Shown: positions 20,496-32,006 of the stretch, in pieces | How the letters are laid out: each line of letters begins with the position of its first letter | Position numbering within the stretch: the first letter of the stretch is position 1 | Origin: an uncultured candidate division Zixibacteria bacterium | GTDB taxonomy: Bacteria; Zixibacteria; MSB-5A5; UBA10806 | Reading direction: 5' to 3' | Assembly: GCA_963817915.1 (NCBI GenBank) | Contig: CAWFQL010000009.1 | Span: 160,001 to 224,000, forward strand | Length of the DNA stretch: 64,000 bases | The notes under the pieces: generated by a model | Told to the model about the DNA's origin: nothing | What the model saw: only the letters and a program-made list of their open reading frames with translations | The model's database searches: none | Program-made: the position numbers and the translations under genes

Positions 20496-21353
20496 ATGGC
20501 ATCATTACGCGATATTAAGCGACGAATTAAGTCGGTTGAAAATACCCAGCAGATAACCAAGGCCATGGAGATGGTTGCCGCCGCTCGTCTGCGCAAGGCT
20601 CAATTGAGGGTAGAGGCCGCTCGTCCGTATGGTCTTAAAATGCAGCAGATGCTGGAATCGTTAGCGTCAGCGGCCGCCGGTCTGCATCATCCGCTATTTG
20701 AGGAACGACAGGTCAAAAAGACACTGCTCCTGGTATTCGCATCCGATCGCGGTCTTTGCGGATCATACAATAGCAATATTATCAGGACAGCTTCGAAATA
20801 TCTGCATGACGCTCCGCCGGGAACAGTCTCACTCGGGATAATTGGAAAGAAGCCCGCAGAATATTTCAAGCATTACAAGGCCCCGACTGATTTCGCGATC
20901 ACCGATCTGGGCGGCAATGTTGATCTGGTTCGTACCCGGCAGTTGGCGCTTCAAATTACCGATAAATTTTATAAAGGCGAAGTCGATGAAGTCAGGTTGC
21001 TTTATACTAGATTTGTTTCAACTGTCAGCTATAAGATAACGCTTGAACGATTCCTGCCGATCGAAAAGCCAAAATCGGCCGAACAGGGAATGCCGTCGGA
21101 TTATATTTTTGAGCCAAGCGCCGATGGTATTTTTGCCAATCTCTTGCCCCGTTATTGTGTGACCAAAATATTGCAGGCAATGCTGGAATCATTTGCATCG
21201 GAGTACGGCTCCCGTATGATTGCCATGTCCAATGCCACCAAAAGCGCCAAAGAGATGATCGACAATCTCACACTGGTGCGCAACAAGGTCCGCCAGGCAT
21301 CGATAACCAAAGAGCTATTGGATATCGTCGGAGGCGTCGAAGCCCTGAAATAG
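20496..21353 (+). CDS. atpG: F1 subunit gamma
   Basis: ITKAMEMVAAA, DRGLCG, RQASITKEL. Confidence 0.99.
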   Translation: MASLRDIKRRIKSVENTQQITKAMEMVAAARLRKAQLRVEAARPYGLKMQQMLESLASAAAGLHHPLFEERQVKKTLLLVFASDRGLCGSYNSNIIRTASKYLHDAPPGTVSLGIIGKKPAEYFKHYKAPTDFAITDLGGNVDLVRTRQLALQITDKFYKGEVDEVRLLYTRFVSTVSYKITLERFLPIEKPKSAEQGMPSDYIFEPSADGIFANLLPRYCVTKILQAMLESFASEYGSRMIAMSNATKSAKEMIDNLTLVRNKVRQASITKELLDIVGGVEALK

Positions 21354-21440
21354 GATAATTTATCATCTGAAAATATGGTTTAAGAGAATAATGTAATTTG
21401 ATAATATACAACACGTTAATAATGGAAATAATTTAATTAA

Positions 21441-22868
<1,428 letters not shown>

Positions 22869-22870
22869 GA

Positions 22871-23272
22871 TTGTTCAAGCTCTCAGTCGTCACTCCTGAA
22901 AAGACAGTTTTTGAAATGGATGTTAAATCTATAATTGCGCCGGGAAGCGAAGGTTATCTCGGCGTTCTGACTAATCACGCTCCCATTATCACTGCCCTGA
23001 TACCCGGCAAATTGACTGTTATCGAATCAGATGACAGGCAGGTTGATTATTGCATTTCGGGCGGCTTTCTCGAAGTCTCCGGCAATATCGCCGCTATTCT
23101 CGCCGATTCTATTGAAACTGTCGAACAAATTAATCTCGAGCGCGCCAAAAAAGCCGAGCAGCGCGCTCGCGAGAGACTTGCCCGTCGAAGCGATGACGAT
23201 ATCGATGTTGCTCGTGCCGAAGCGGCATTGGCTCGTTCGATAAACAGGCAGCGGATAGCGGAAGACCGCTGA
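22871..23272 (+). CDS. atpC: F1 subunit epsilon
   Basis: VVTPE, GYLGVLTNHAP, SGGFLEV. Confidence 0.97.
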   Translation: MFKLSVVTPEKTVFEMDVKSIIAPGSEGYLGVLTNHAPIITALIPGKLTVIESDDRQVDYCISGGFLEVSGNIAAILADSIETVEQINLERAKKAEQRARERLARRSDDDIDVARAEAALARSINRQRIAEDR

Positions 23273-23535
23273 TCTCTTTTTTTATACTATGATTAATCTA
23301 TTCTATTAATTATAATAAATATCAATAAGCCTATTTTAAATTGCTAAATATTCGTTAATATTTTAATTATTTTCTTGACTATCCATTTAAAGATTATAAT
23401 TTCATTCCTTGATTTGTGAAATTTTGAACTATATCAAAATATTCACAGCTGTTCTTTAATTATTCTTGTAGTTATAAAATCAGCTGAGACGTTAGTACTA
23501 CGGGAAGGCGTTTCGCAATCATCAAGGAGATGCAG

Positions 23536-24894
23536 ATGTCCAACAAAGTCACTGCCTTCATGGAGCCATTGATAGCCAAGAATCCAGGCGAAAAAGAATT
23601 CCATCAGGCGGTTCAGGAAGTAGTCGAGTCTTTGATGCCCATCCTGGATAAGCATCCTGTATACCGTGAGGCCAAGATACTGGAAAGGATCGTTGAGCCT
23701 GAACGAATTATCATCTTCCGTGTGCCCTGGGTCGATGACAGCGGAAAAATCCAGGTCAATCGCGGATTTCGTATTGAAATGAATAGCGCGATCGGCCCCT
23801 ACAAGGGCGGACTTCGTTTCCACCCGACAGTCAATCTCGGCATCCTGAAGTTCCTTGCTTTCGAGCAGGTTTTCAAGAACAGCCTGACAACATTACCGAT
23901 GGGCGGAGGCAAAGGCGGTTCAGATTTTGATCCCAAGGGAAAATCCGATAACGAAGTAATGCATTTCTGCCAGTCATTTATGACCGAATTATTCCGTCAT
24001 ATCGGCGCTAATACTGATGTCCCGGCGGGCGACATAGGAGTCGGAGGTCGTGAAATCGGATTTCTGTTTGGACAGTATAAAAGACTCCGCAATGAATTCA
24101 CCGGCGTGCTTACGGGCAAGGGGCTCAAATGGGGTGGAAGTCTGATTCGTCCTGAAGCTACGGGTTACGGCTCAGTTTATTTCGCATCAGAAATGCTTTC
24201 TACTAAAGGTGAAACTCTAAAGGGGAAGACTTGCCTGGTTTCCGGCTCCGGCAATGTCTCTCAATATACTGTTGAGAAGATTCTCGATTTGGGCGGCAAG
24301 CCGGTTACGCTTTCGGATTCGGCTGGCTATATTTACGACGAAGCAGGTATCGACCGTGAAAAACTGGCCTTCATAATGGATCTAAAAAATATCAGACGCG
24401 GCAGAATCAAAGACTATGCGGATAAATATAAAGGGACAGTCTATACTCCAGTCGACAACAAGCTTGCCTATAATCCACTATGGGATCACAAAGCGAATTG
24501 CGCCTTCCCCAGCGCCACTCAAAATGAAATCAATGGCAAGGACGCGCAGAACCTGATTAAAAATGGTGTAAATGTTGTCAGCGAGGGCGCAAACATGCCT
24601 TCGACTCCTGATGCCATCAGTATATATATCGATAGCAAGATTCTCTATGGCCCCGGCAAGGCGGCCAACGCTGGTGGAGTGGCAACATCCGGCCTCGAAA
24701 TGTCCCAGAACAGCTTGCGGCTTTCTTGGACAAGGGAAGAGGTTGACCAAAGATTGCATGGTATTATGAAGGCGATCCATGCGCAGTGCGTCGAACATGG
24801 CAAAGACGGCAATTATATCAACTACGTGAATGGCGCTAACATTGCTGGATTCATCAAAGTCGCGGATTCGATGCTCGATCAGGGTGTAGTCTAA
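23536..24894 (+). CDS. gdhA: NADP-specific glutamate dehydrogenase
   Basis: GPYKGGLRFHP, GGGKGGSDFDP, RPEATGYG; the AAGGAG RBS favours ATG 23536. Confidence 0.97.
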   Translation: MSNKVTAFMEPLIAKNPGEKEFHQAVQEVVESLMPILDKHPVYREAKILERIVEPERIIIFRVPWVDDSGKIQVNRGFRIEMNSAIGPYKGGLRFHPTVNLGILKFLAFEQVFKNSLTTLPMGGGKGGSDFDPKGKSDNEVMHFCQSFMTELFRHIGANTDVPAGDIGVGGREIGFLFGQYKRLRNEFTGVLTGKGLKWGGSLIRPEATGYGSVYFASEMLSTKGETLKGKTCLVSGSGNVSQYTVEKILDLGGKPVTLSDSAGYIYDEAGIDREKLAFIMDLKNIRRGRIKDYADKYKGTVYTPVDNKLAYNPLWDHKANCAFPSATQNEINGKDAQNLIKNGVNVVSEGANMPSTPDAISIYIDSKILYGPGKAANAGGVATSGLEMSQNSLRLSWTREEVDQRLHGIMKAIHAQCVEHGKDGNYINYVNGANIAGFIKVADSMLDQGVV

Positions 24895-24962
24895 AACTTA
24901 AATCAGGACTTTCGGCAAGTAGTTGAAATCGAAGGTCTGATTTTATTCAGTCGACGGAATAA

Positions 24963-24994
24963 TTAAAAGGCGGGTCAGAAGGCCCGCCTTTAAT
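24963..24994. terminator. Bidirectional terminator between convergent genes
   Basis: AAAGGCGGGTC-AGAA-GGCCCGCCTTT. Confidence 0.75.
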
Positions 24995-25015
24995 ATTTAC
25001 TGATTTTATCGTATA

Positions 25016-26185
25016 CTATTTTAAGAGCAGAAATTTCGATATGCTCTGAATAGTTACTTCCGTAGATATCCGCACAAAATAGACACCCGATTTCCACGAC
25101 CCGGCATCAAGCGATATCTTATGTTTACCTTGATCCAAGACGCCTTGTATAAGCGCTGCGATTTTACGACCCAGGATATCATAGATTTCAAGATTTACAT
25201 TAGCTTGTGTCGGCAGATCGAATGATATCATAGTTTTATTATTGAACGGATTCGGATAGATCGATATTATCTCGGAATTTCGCGGGACAGGATTGTCGTC
25301 AATCCCCGTGGCATCATCCATGAATTGCGCCATTACCGGACGATGATCAGATATGCGACTGAAATAATTACTATATTCGTCATCCAGCCTTAATGTAATC
25401 GTATTGCCGTTGCCATACTCACTATTTGCCTGTGTGGTAATCAGAATATTATCGATTAGTAGATTCAGGAATGGATACGATGACCAATACGGATTTCCCG
25501 CCATCGGCAGGGTCAAGAAACGATAATCTGTTGTATCCTGCAAAATCGGCAGGAACACATTTTCGCTGTTGGAGTCGCTTAAATCATCGTTGTAATCGCC
25601 GACTATAATCCAATCCTGATCGGGCGCGCTGGGGACGTGAGTATCAAGATAAGCTTTCAGCATTATGATAGCCGCCCGCCGACGCAAATAATCATCGTAA
25701 GTATCTTCTGCCTTCAGATGAAGCACTATCAGATGAAAATCAAATTGATGATCGCCAAATTGGACACTGCAATAAAGATGAATCGGCGGCCTTGGGAATT
25801 GGTATAAACTCCCTACAAATAGCTGCTCGATATAGGTTACATTGGCTCTATCGGTTCTCCAGATAACCGCAGTCTTCTGATAGGTGCCATCGGGATAATT
25901 ATCGGGCGCATATATTCCATCCCAGCCGGGCAGATGGCCCAAAAAATCTCTGAACGCCGTCGTATCGCTTATCTCTTGAAACGCTACCATATCGATATTG
26001 AGGTCGGAAATCAACACGGCCAGGGTGTCTATAGTTCTGAAACCAGTGCGTGGGAAATCTTTGACATTCCAGGTAATCAAGTCGAATGTCCCATCGCTGC
26101 CGCGGGGCTGAACAAGTTGAGCTTGGCCGAAACCAAAAGATAATACAATCGTGGCAACTACCATAAATAACAATCGATTACGCAT
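25016..26185 (-). CDS. Exported endonuclease/exonuclease/phosphatase (DNase I-like) with T9SS-like C-terminal domain
   Basis: TWNV, AFQEI, HLKA, GDYND, SDHRPV motifs; YPNPFN...KFLLLK tail; signal peptide from MRNRLL. Confidence 0.9.
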   Translation of the reverse strand: MRNRLLFMVVATIVLSFGFGQAQLVQPRGSDGTFDLITWNVKDFPRTGFRTIDTLAVLISDLNIDMVAFQEISDTTAFRDFLGHLPGWDGIYAPDNYPDGTYQKTAVIWRTDRANVTYIEQLFVGSLYQFPRPPIHLYCSVQFGDHQFDFHLIVLHLKAEDTYDDYLRRRAAIIMLKAYLDTHVPSAPDQDWIIVGDYNDDLSDSNSENVFLPILQDTTDYRFLTLPMAGNPYWSSYPFLNLLIDNILITTQANSEYGNGNTITLRLDDEYSNYFSRISDHRPVMAQFMDDATGIDDNPVPRNSEIISIYPNPFNNKTMISFDLPTQANVNLEIYDILGRKIAALIQGVLDQGKHKISLDAGSWKSGVYFVRISTEVTIQSISKFLLLK

Positions 26186-26366
26186 GTCGAAAAAGTTATA
26201 CCCATTATTGTTCATATGGGAAATATAGTTCAATTAACTTGGTTGTCAATTCATTAAAATATCTGCTAAATTTTGGGGGTGGTTTATTATGGTTTTGATT
26301 GGCTTACTTTGATATTGACTTTTCAGCGTTCTGATATAATTTAGGCTTTGGATAGATTTTCTCAAA

Positions 26367-26440
26367 CGGGGCGTAGCGCAGCCTGGTAGCGCACATGGTT
26401 CGGGACCATGGTGTCGGAGGTTCAAATCCTCTCGCCCCGA
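26367..26440 (+). tRNA. tRNA-Pro (CGG), CCA not encoded
   Basis: CGGGGCG acceptor stem, CATGG-TTCGGGA-CCATG anticodon arm, GGTTCAAATCC. Confidence 0.97.
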
Positions 26441-26601
26441 TGAACTTTGGACGACATATGGACAAAAAATCTATGCCAAATAGCCCCAGGATACATGTTG
26501 ATATATTGTTCTTATTTATTGCTCGACAGGTATTTGACATTTATGCTATAAATGAAATGTAAAATAATTGGTGATTGCAAAATTAGGGAGGCACGAAGAA
26601 A

Positions 26602-27123
26602 ATGAGCAAAACAGAGGATAATCTCAAAGCCGCGTTCGCGGGCGAATCGCAAGCACGGAATAAATACACCTATTTCGCCGCAGTTGCGAAAAAAGAAGGC
26701 CTGCATTATATCGCGAAAATATTCGAAGAAACCGCAGACAATGAACGCCGCCATGCAAAAGACGAATTAGATCTTTTGGGCGGTATCGGCAATACAGCAG
26801 CCAACCTAAAAGCCGCCATGGGCGGGGAAGACTATGAAACTACATCGATGTATCCCGAATTCGCCAAGCAAGCCGACGAAGAAGGCAACCGTCCGGCGGC
26901 GAATTTATTCCGCCAGATCGCCAAAGTTGAAAAACATCACCGCGACCGCTATAAAAAATTATTGGATTTGTTGGAAAAGGGCATGGTTTTCAAACGAGAC
27001 AGTCCAATTAAATGGAAATGCAGCGTCTGCGGTTTTATTCACGAGGGAACCGAACCGGTCGCCAAATGTCCCTGCTGCGCCCACCCGCGCGAATATTTCG
27101 AACCTGCAAATTTGGATTTATAA
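26602..27123 (+). CDS. rbr: Rubrerythrin
   Basis: AFAGESQARNKY, ExxH pairs, C-terminal CSVC...CPCC rubredoxin domain. Confidence 0.95.
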   Translation: MSKTEDNLKAAFAGESQARNKYTYFAAVAKKEGLHYIAKIFEETADNERRHAKDELDLLGGIGNTAANLKAAMGGEDYETTSMYPEFAKQADEEGNRPAANLFRQIAKVEKHHRDRYKKLLDLLEKGMVFKRDSPIKWKCSVCGFIHEGTEPVAKCPCCAHPREYFEPANLDL

Positions 27124-27147
27124 CCTAATCAATAATTATGATCCGTA

Positions 27148-27226
27148 GTAGAGACTTGCGATCGCAAGTCTCTACAAAACTATAACCTTAATCCCAGCGT
27201 AGAGACGCAAAATCTTGCGTCTCTAT
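27148..27226. repeat. Two GTAGAGAC...GTCTCTA REP-like palindromes
   Basis: GTAGAGACTTGCGATCGCAAGTCTCTAC and GTAGAGACGCAAAATCTTGCGTCTCTAT. Confidence 0.85.
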
Positions 27227-27282
27227 ATGTGATATTTTCATTTCCAATTGACATCTATCGCTCGCCATATTAAATCATCTCC

Positions 27283-27729
27283 ATGAATAATTTCATCGGC
27301 GTAATCGGGGGATCGGATATTGATGAAAAAACTTACCGGATTGCTTACCGCGTTGGAGAATCAATCGCTCGGAACAAGGCGATATTGATTTGCGGCGGAC
27401 TTGGCGGAGTTATGGAAGCCGCCTGCAAGGGTGCGCATGAAAATGGCGGTACGACAATCGGTGTTCTGCCCGGCAACAATATCAAAGACGCCAATCAATG
27501 GGTCGAATTCCCGATCGCCACAGGTCTGGGACACGGCCGAAATTCAATCATTATTAATACCGCTCATTCGTTGATAGCAATTGACGGCAAATACGGGACA
27601 CTCTCTGAAATCGCCCTTGCCCTGCAATCAGGCAAGCCGGTTTATGGATTAGGTACATGGGATATCGAAGGCGTTATCGAATGTGAAAGCCCTGAGGATG
27701 CTGTCGACAAAGCATTGGAGAGTAATTGA
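27283..27729 (+). CDS. LOG/TIGR00725-family protein
   Basis: CGGLGGVMEAACKGA, GKYGTLSEIA. Confidence 0.9.
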   Translation: MNNFIGVIGGSDIDEKTYRIAYRVGESIARNKAILICGGLGGVMEAACKGAHENGGTTIGVLPGNNIKDANQWVEFPIATGLGHGRNSIIINTAHSLIAIDGKYGTLSEIALALQSGKPVYGLGTWDIEGVIECESPEDAVDKALESN

Positions 27730-28014
27730 TTGGCTGGGGAGCTTAAAGGATTACGTTTGATTGTCACCGGCGTCGTCCAGGGGGTGGGATTTCGCTATTT
27801 TGTGAAACGGGTTGCCGATGAGCTAAGGCTGGTCGGATATGTACGAAATAATTTTGATGGTTCAGTCGAGACTTATGTCGAAGGGGATGTCAGTATGTTG
27901 AACGCATTTTATGATGAAATAAAAATCGGCCCGAGACATGCCCATATTGCTTCTGTACAAGTTGAATGGAATGAATATAAAGGAGACTACAAAGTTTTCA
28001 GGATTATGCTATGA
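27730..28014 (+). CDS. acyP: Acylphosphatase
   Basis: VTGVVQGVGFR, GYVRN..DGSVE. Confidence 0.95.
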   Translation: MAGELKGLRLIVTGVVQGVGFRYFVKRVADELRLVGYVRNNFDGSVETYVEGDVSMLNAFYDEIKIGPRHAHIASVQVEWNEYKGDYKVFRIML

Positions 28015-28541
28015 AACAAAACGAATTAAAAAACACAATCAGAAATGTGCCTGATTTCCCAATTAAGGGAATTGTCTTCAGGGATATTACGACTCTTGTC
28101 AACGACGCGAAGGCGTTCAAATTTGTGATCGACACTCTTTATAAACGTTATAAAGATAAAAAAATCGATGTCATCGTTGGAGTGGAATCGCGCGGCTTTA
28201 TTTTTGGCGGAGCTCTCGCCAATAAGCTCAAATGCGGTTTTGTTCCGGCACGCAAGCCGGGCAAGCTGCCTGCCAGTACTATCGAAGAATCATACGATCT
28301 GGAATATGGCAAGGCCGCGCTTCAGATTCATACCGATGCTATCGCCAAAGGCCAGCGAGTTATTATTATCGATGACCTATTAGCAACTGGTGGGACATTA
28401 TCCGCTACTGCCAAATTAATCGAACGGTTGGGCGGCAAGATATTTGAAATCGCAGTTGTTATCGATCTAACTTTCCTGCGCGGCCGCGAAAAGCTCAAAG
28501 GCTATAAAATATTTTCAATGGTTGATTACGATTCGGAATAG
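28011..28541 (+). CDS. apt: Adenine phosphoribosyltransferase
   Basis: PDFPIKGIVFRDIT, ESRGF, IIDDLLATGGT. Confidence 0.97.
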   Translation: MKQNELKNTIRNVPDFPIKGIVFRDITTLVNDAKAFKFVIDTLYKRYKDKKIDVIVGVESRGFIFGGALANKLKCGFVPARKPGKLPASTIEESYDLEYGKAALQIHTDAIAKGQRVIIIDDLLATGGTLSATAKLIERLGGKIFEIAVVIDLTFLRGREKLKGYKIFSMVDYDSE

Positions 28542-28561
28542 TTGGAATATATATAAAAAAA

Positions 28562-28588
28562 GTAGAGACTTGCATGGCAAGTCTCTAC
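28562..28588. repeat. GTAGAGAC-type REP palindrome between convergent genes
   Basis: GTAGAGACTTGCATGGCAAGTCTCTAC. Confidence 0.85.
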
Positions 28589-28616
28589 ACGAAAATTCGC
28601 ATCTATTAAATATTAC

Positions 28617-29528
28617 TTACCCAATTACCTTGGCCAATATATATCCAACTCCCATAAGAAATTGAATCGATAGCACTATCATCACATTGGCGCCTTGAGC
28701 CGGGACTAATTCCGGCAATGATTTGAATGTGAATGAGCCCTTGATCGCCTTGATTCCAATCGGCAATGTCAGCAACGACAGCATCGTCCAGGCTGGCATT
28801 AATCCGGCGATAGTTCCAATGATTGGCCAGAGATATGTTAATATTACTAATGATGAATAAACAACCGCCGCCTTCTTATGACCTACAGTTATTGGTAACG
28901 TCTTGCGATTGTTGGTCTTGTCGGCTTCAGAGTCAGGGAATTCATTCAACAATAAAAGATTGGCGACTAATAATCCCGATGGTATCGAAGCGTACAATGC
29001 AGGGAATGAAAACCCGCCGTCCATTATCATGAATGTGCCAAGCACGGGCAATGTGCCTAATCCTAATCCTGCGGCAATTTCTGCCACACCACCGCCGATC
29101 TTGGTTAGATGAGTAGTATAAAATACCACAAATAATGCCCCGACAACGAACAACGGTATTAGGTATGTGCCCCTGACTATCACGAAATAAATCCCGATCG
29201 GCACTGCTGCGATAAGCGTACCAAATCCCAACCATAGGGCAGCTTTGGGAGAAATTATTCCAGCAGGCATAAGTCCTGAACCGCCGGAGAACGGTGTCCG
29301 ACTTACCTTCAAATCGATACCGGTTTTGAAATCGCTGTAGTCATTCAGTACATTTACACTGGCATGCAAGAGCACCAGCCCGATAACCGATAGAATAAAA
29401 TAAAGTGCGTTAAAATTACCGTTGTTCAACGCTATTGACATCCCCAAAAATACCAAGATAGGGGAGAGGATCAAAAATTGCGGTCTTGTTTCCAAAAAGA
29501 GATTCTTAACACTCACAGTTGCCTCCAT
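28617..29528 (-). CDS. UbiA-family prenyltransferase, MenA-like
   Basis: NDYSDFKTGID and NEFPDSEAD Asp-rich motifs; multiple TM helices. Confidence 0.85.
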   Translation of the reverse strand: MEATVSVKNLFLETRPQFLILSPILVFLGMSIALNNGNFNALYFILSVIGLVLLHASVNVLNDYSDFKTGIDLKVSRTPFSGGSGLMPAGIISPKAALWLGFGTLIAAVPIGIYFVIVRGTYLIPLFVVGALFVVFYTTHLTKIGGGVAEIAAGLGLGTLPVLGTFMIMDGGFSFPALYASIPSGLLVANLLLLNEFPDSEADKTNNRKTLPITVGHKKAAVVYSSLVILTYLWPIIGTIAGLMPAWTMLSLLTLPIGIKAIKGSFTFKSLPELVPAQGANVMIVLSIQFLMGVGYILAKVIG

Positions 29529-29592
29529 TTCATTTCTTGGATGGCTATTATTTAGAATTCGCCGACAAAAATCAAGCGAAATTTATTTCCTT

Positions 29593-29664
29593 GGGCGGCA
29601 GTCGTCATCGACTGCCCCTATTGAATCCAGTAAGAAGGGGCAGCTGTGGACAGCTGCAGCCCAC
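29593..29664. repeat. Two-hairpin REP composite, also present near 55176-55245
   Basis: GGCAGTC...GACTGCC followed by GGGCAGCTGTGGACAGCTGC. Confidence 0.75.
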
Positions 29665-29753
29665 AAAATTAAAAGGAATAAATTGACAAGATATCATGCC
29701 TATAGTAAATGATTTTATGATATCAGCAATATCGAATTTAAAGGTGAAATTAA

Positions 29754-30731
29754 ATGCCCGATGATTTGACACCATCCCAACCCGAAACTCTAGCTCAAGA
29801 AACCCCGCCGTATAAGAAACGGCACGTCTGGGTTTCGGTTGTCCTGTCATTTTTTGGTAGCGGCCTGCCGTTGATATATTGTGGAAATCTAAAAGGCGGG
29901 ATATTGTTGTTGCTAGCGACGTTTGTTTTCGAATACATTTTCCTAATTTCCAATGCATTTATCATGACTTTCACTTGGCTGGTTATATCGGTAATCATTT
30001 CCCTCGCAGTATTTGCGGGTATTTTGATATTCAATATTCGATATACTAATAAGGCTAATTATGATAAATCCCCTCGAATCCGCAAAACCTGGCTATGGAT
30101 TATTTTCGTATTTTTAGGCCTGAATATATTATCGTCATTTAGCAGTGATTTTATCAAAGCGACTATTATCGAATCCTATAGAATCCCATCAGGCGCGATG
30201 GAGCGAACATTGCTGAAAGGAGATTATCTTCTGGCAAATAAATTCATTTATGGTAGTAAGCTGACCATCCTTTTGACCGATATAAAATTGCCTGCATGTG
30301 ATGAGCCCAAGCCTGGAGATATTATTATTTTTAAATATCCCATGGACCAAAAGCAGAATTATATCAAAAGAGTCGTTGCCATTGGGGGGGATAAAATAAA
30401 AATATTCAATAAACAATTATTTGTAAATGATCAATACATTCCACCACCACCCGGATCGCAGTTCATGGATTCAACGCATGTGTATCCTCATTTCAATGAG
30501 GGCAAATGGGGCATGGGAATCCGCGACAATATGCCTGTGAAAGAAGTCCCGATAGGTTATTTATTCATAATGGGGGACAATCGAGACAATTCCGCCGATT
30601 CGCGTTTCTGGGGATTTTTGGATCGTAAATTGGTAATTGGTAAGCCAATGTACATATTCTTCTCCTGGGATAGCGAAAAGCATCGCATCCGCTGGGAGCG
30701 TATCGGCCTCCGCCTCGATAATCAGAATTAG
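29754..30731 (+). CDS. lepB: Signal peptidase I family protein with extra N-terminal TM helices; nucleophile position is Ala
   Basis: IPSGAM (canonical SGSM), YIKRVV, GDNRDNSADSRFWG. Confidence 0.85.
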   Translation: MPDDLTPSQPETLAQETPPYKKRHVWVSVVLSFFGSGLPLIYCGNLKGGILLLLATFVFEYIFLISNAFIMTFTWLVISVIISLAVFAGILIFNIRYTNKANYDKSPRIRKTWLWIIFVFLGLNILSSFSSDFIKATIIESYRIPSGAMERTLLKGDYLLANKFIYGSKLTILLTDIKLPACDEPKPGDIIIFKYPMDQKQNYIKRVVAIGGDKIKIFNKQLFVNDQYIPPPPGSQFMDSTHVYPHFNEGKWGMGIRDNMPVKEVPIGYLFIMGDNRDNSADSRFWGFLDRKLVIGKPMYIFFSWDSEKHRIRWERIGLRLDNQN

Positions 30732-30747
30732 AATTCTTCCATAACTC

Positions 30748-30935
30748 GTCATTCCCGCGAATGCACGAATCCATCTCAGTTTGCCAAAATCACAAATGTC
30801 ATGTAGGGGCGAACTGCTGTTCGCCAATTTTGCTTCTATGTCATTGCGAGGAGTTCGCCACGGCGAACGACGAAGCAATCTGAGGGCGACGAGCATTTTG
30901 TCGCTTTTATGTCGGGTCAGGCGACCCGACACCAC
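30748..30935. repeat. Cluster of four different REP-like palindromes
   Basis: GTCATTCCCGCGAATGC, GTAGGGGCGAAC...GTTCGCC, GTCATTGCGAG...GAAGCAATCT, GTCGGGTCAGGCGACCCGAC. Confidence 0.8.
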
Positions 30936-31048
30936 TTCTATTCCAGTTTTCCGGAACCGCATGCCTTACGCAGTAGTATTATTATCAAATGGAAATGAAT
31001 GTCGTTGTCAATTGGAATTAATGACGGTTAATTTAAAGAGAGGAAAAT

Positions 31049-31702
31049 ATGGGATACGAATGGAGATTTAATCCCCGTCCATACACGGATGAGGAAGCAA
31101 AGAAGCTTTTGAAGGATGTCATTTCGCAGGAGACTGCCGACTGGCATTACAACAAGCATCACAAGGGCTATGTTGTCGCGTTAAATACAATCGAAACCGG
31201 GCTGGCCAAGGCCGATATCGCCACCGCCAACGGCAACTACTCCGAATTCGGCGAGCTGAAACGTCGCCGCGGATGGAACCATGCCGGCGCTTTGCTGCAT
31301 GATGTCTATTGGGAGGTCATGGGGGGAGATGGCAATCCATCGAAGGGATACGAAATCTACAAAGCCATCGAACGGGAATTCGGCAGCTACGAGAAATGGC
31401 GCGATGATTTCAAGGCAACCGCTGTCGCGGCCAAGCTTTCGGGCTGGGCCGTGCTGGTTTACGACAAGCTATACAGCGGACGGTTGCTCAATGCCCTTGT
31501 CGATGAGCATCAAAATGGCGCTATCTGGGGCGGCATACCGTTGATCTCACTCGATGTCTTCGAGCATGCCTACTACCACAAGGATGGCCCCAATCGCCCC
31601 GGCTATATCGATAATTTCATCAAGAATCTGCATTGGGAACGGATCAACGACCGCTATCGCCGCTTCGTCACGCAAGAAAAACCCTCGATGGTGACGGTGT
31701 AA
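31049..31702 (+). CDS. sod: Fe/Mn superoxide dismutase
   Basis: HYNKHHKGYV, LLHDVYW and DVFEHAYY metal ligands. Confidence 0.93.
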   Translation: MGYEWRFNPRPYTDEEAKKLLKDVISQETADWHYNKHHKGYVVALNTIETGLAKADIATANGNYSEFGELKRRRGWNHAGALLHDVYWEVMGGDGNPSKGYEIYKAIEREFGSYEKWRDDFKATAVAAKLSGWAVLVYDKLYSGRLLNALVDEHQNGAIWGGIPLISLDVFEHAYYHKDGPNRPGYIDNFIKNLHWERINDRYRRFVTQEKPSMVTV

Positions 31703-31712
31703 ATATCAACCT

Positions 31713-31957
31713 GTCATTCCCGCGAATGCGGGAATCTCATCTTTCTTGCCAACATCACAAATGCATCGGTAGGGGCGTCCGGCGGTTGCCGGACGCCCTT
31801 TAACATGATGGGCGTTCAATTGACCGCCCCTACGATAAATTATCCTTTGTAGGGGTTTGATTCATCAAACCCACGCATGAAAACTGCAAATCTTTCGTAG
31901 GGGCCGACCTACGCGTCGGCCCGTTGGACGAGGGCGAACACATAGGTTCGCCCCTAC
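31713..31957. repeat. REP cluster with REPIN-like inverted doublets
   Basis: GTCATTCCCGCGAATGCGGGAATC; GTAGGGGC...GCCCCTAC doublets at 31769-31833 and 31897-31957. Confidence 0.85.
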
Positions 31958-32006
31958 AATAAATTCACTCCTTGCTTCCCCTGCTAATCTCATATATTTT
32001 CTCCTC

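Noticed and set aside
23443..23823. Antisense ORF over gdhA, and similar ones over atpD, proS, infB and pnp
   Set aside because: Shadow frames of well-supported genes, with no recognisable motifs
31960..32006. preQ1 riboswitch upstream of queC
   Set aside because: No matching stem or A-rich tail; the region is occupied by a promoter-like sequence
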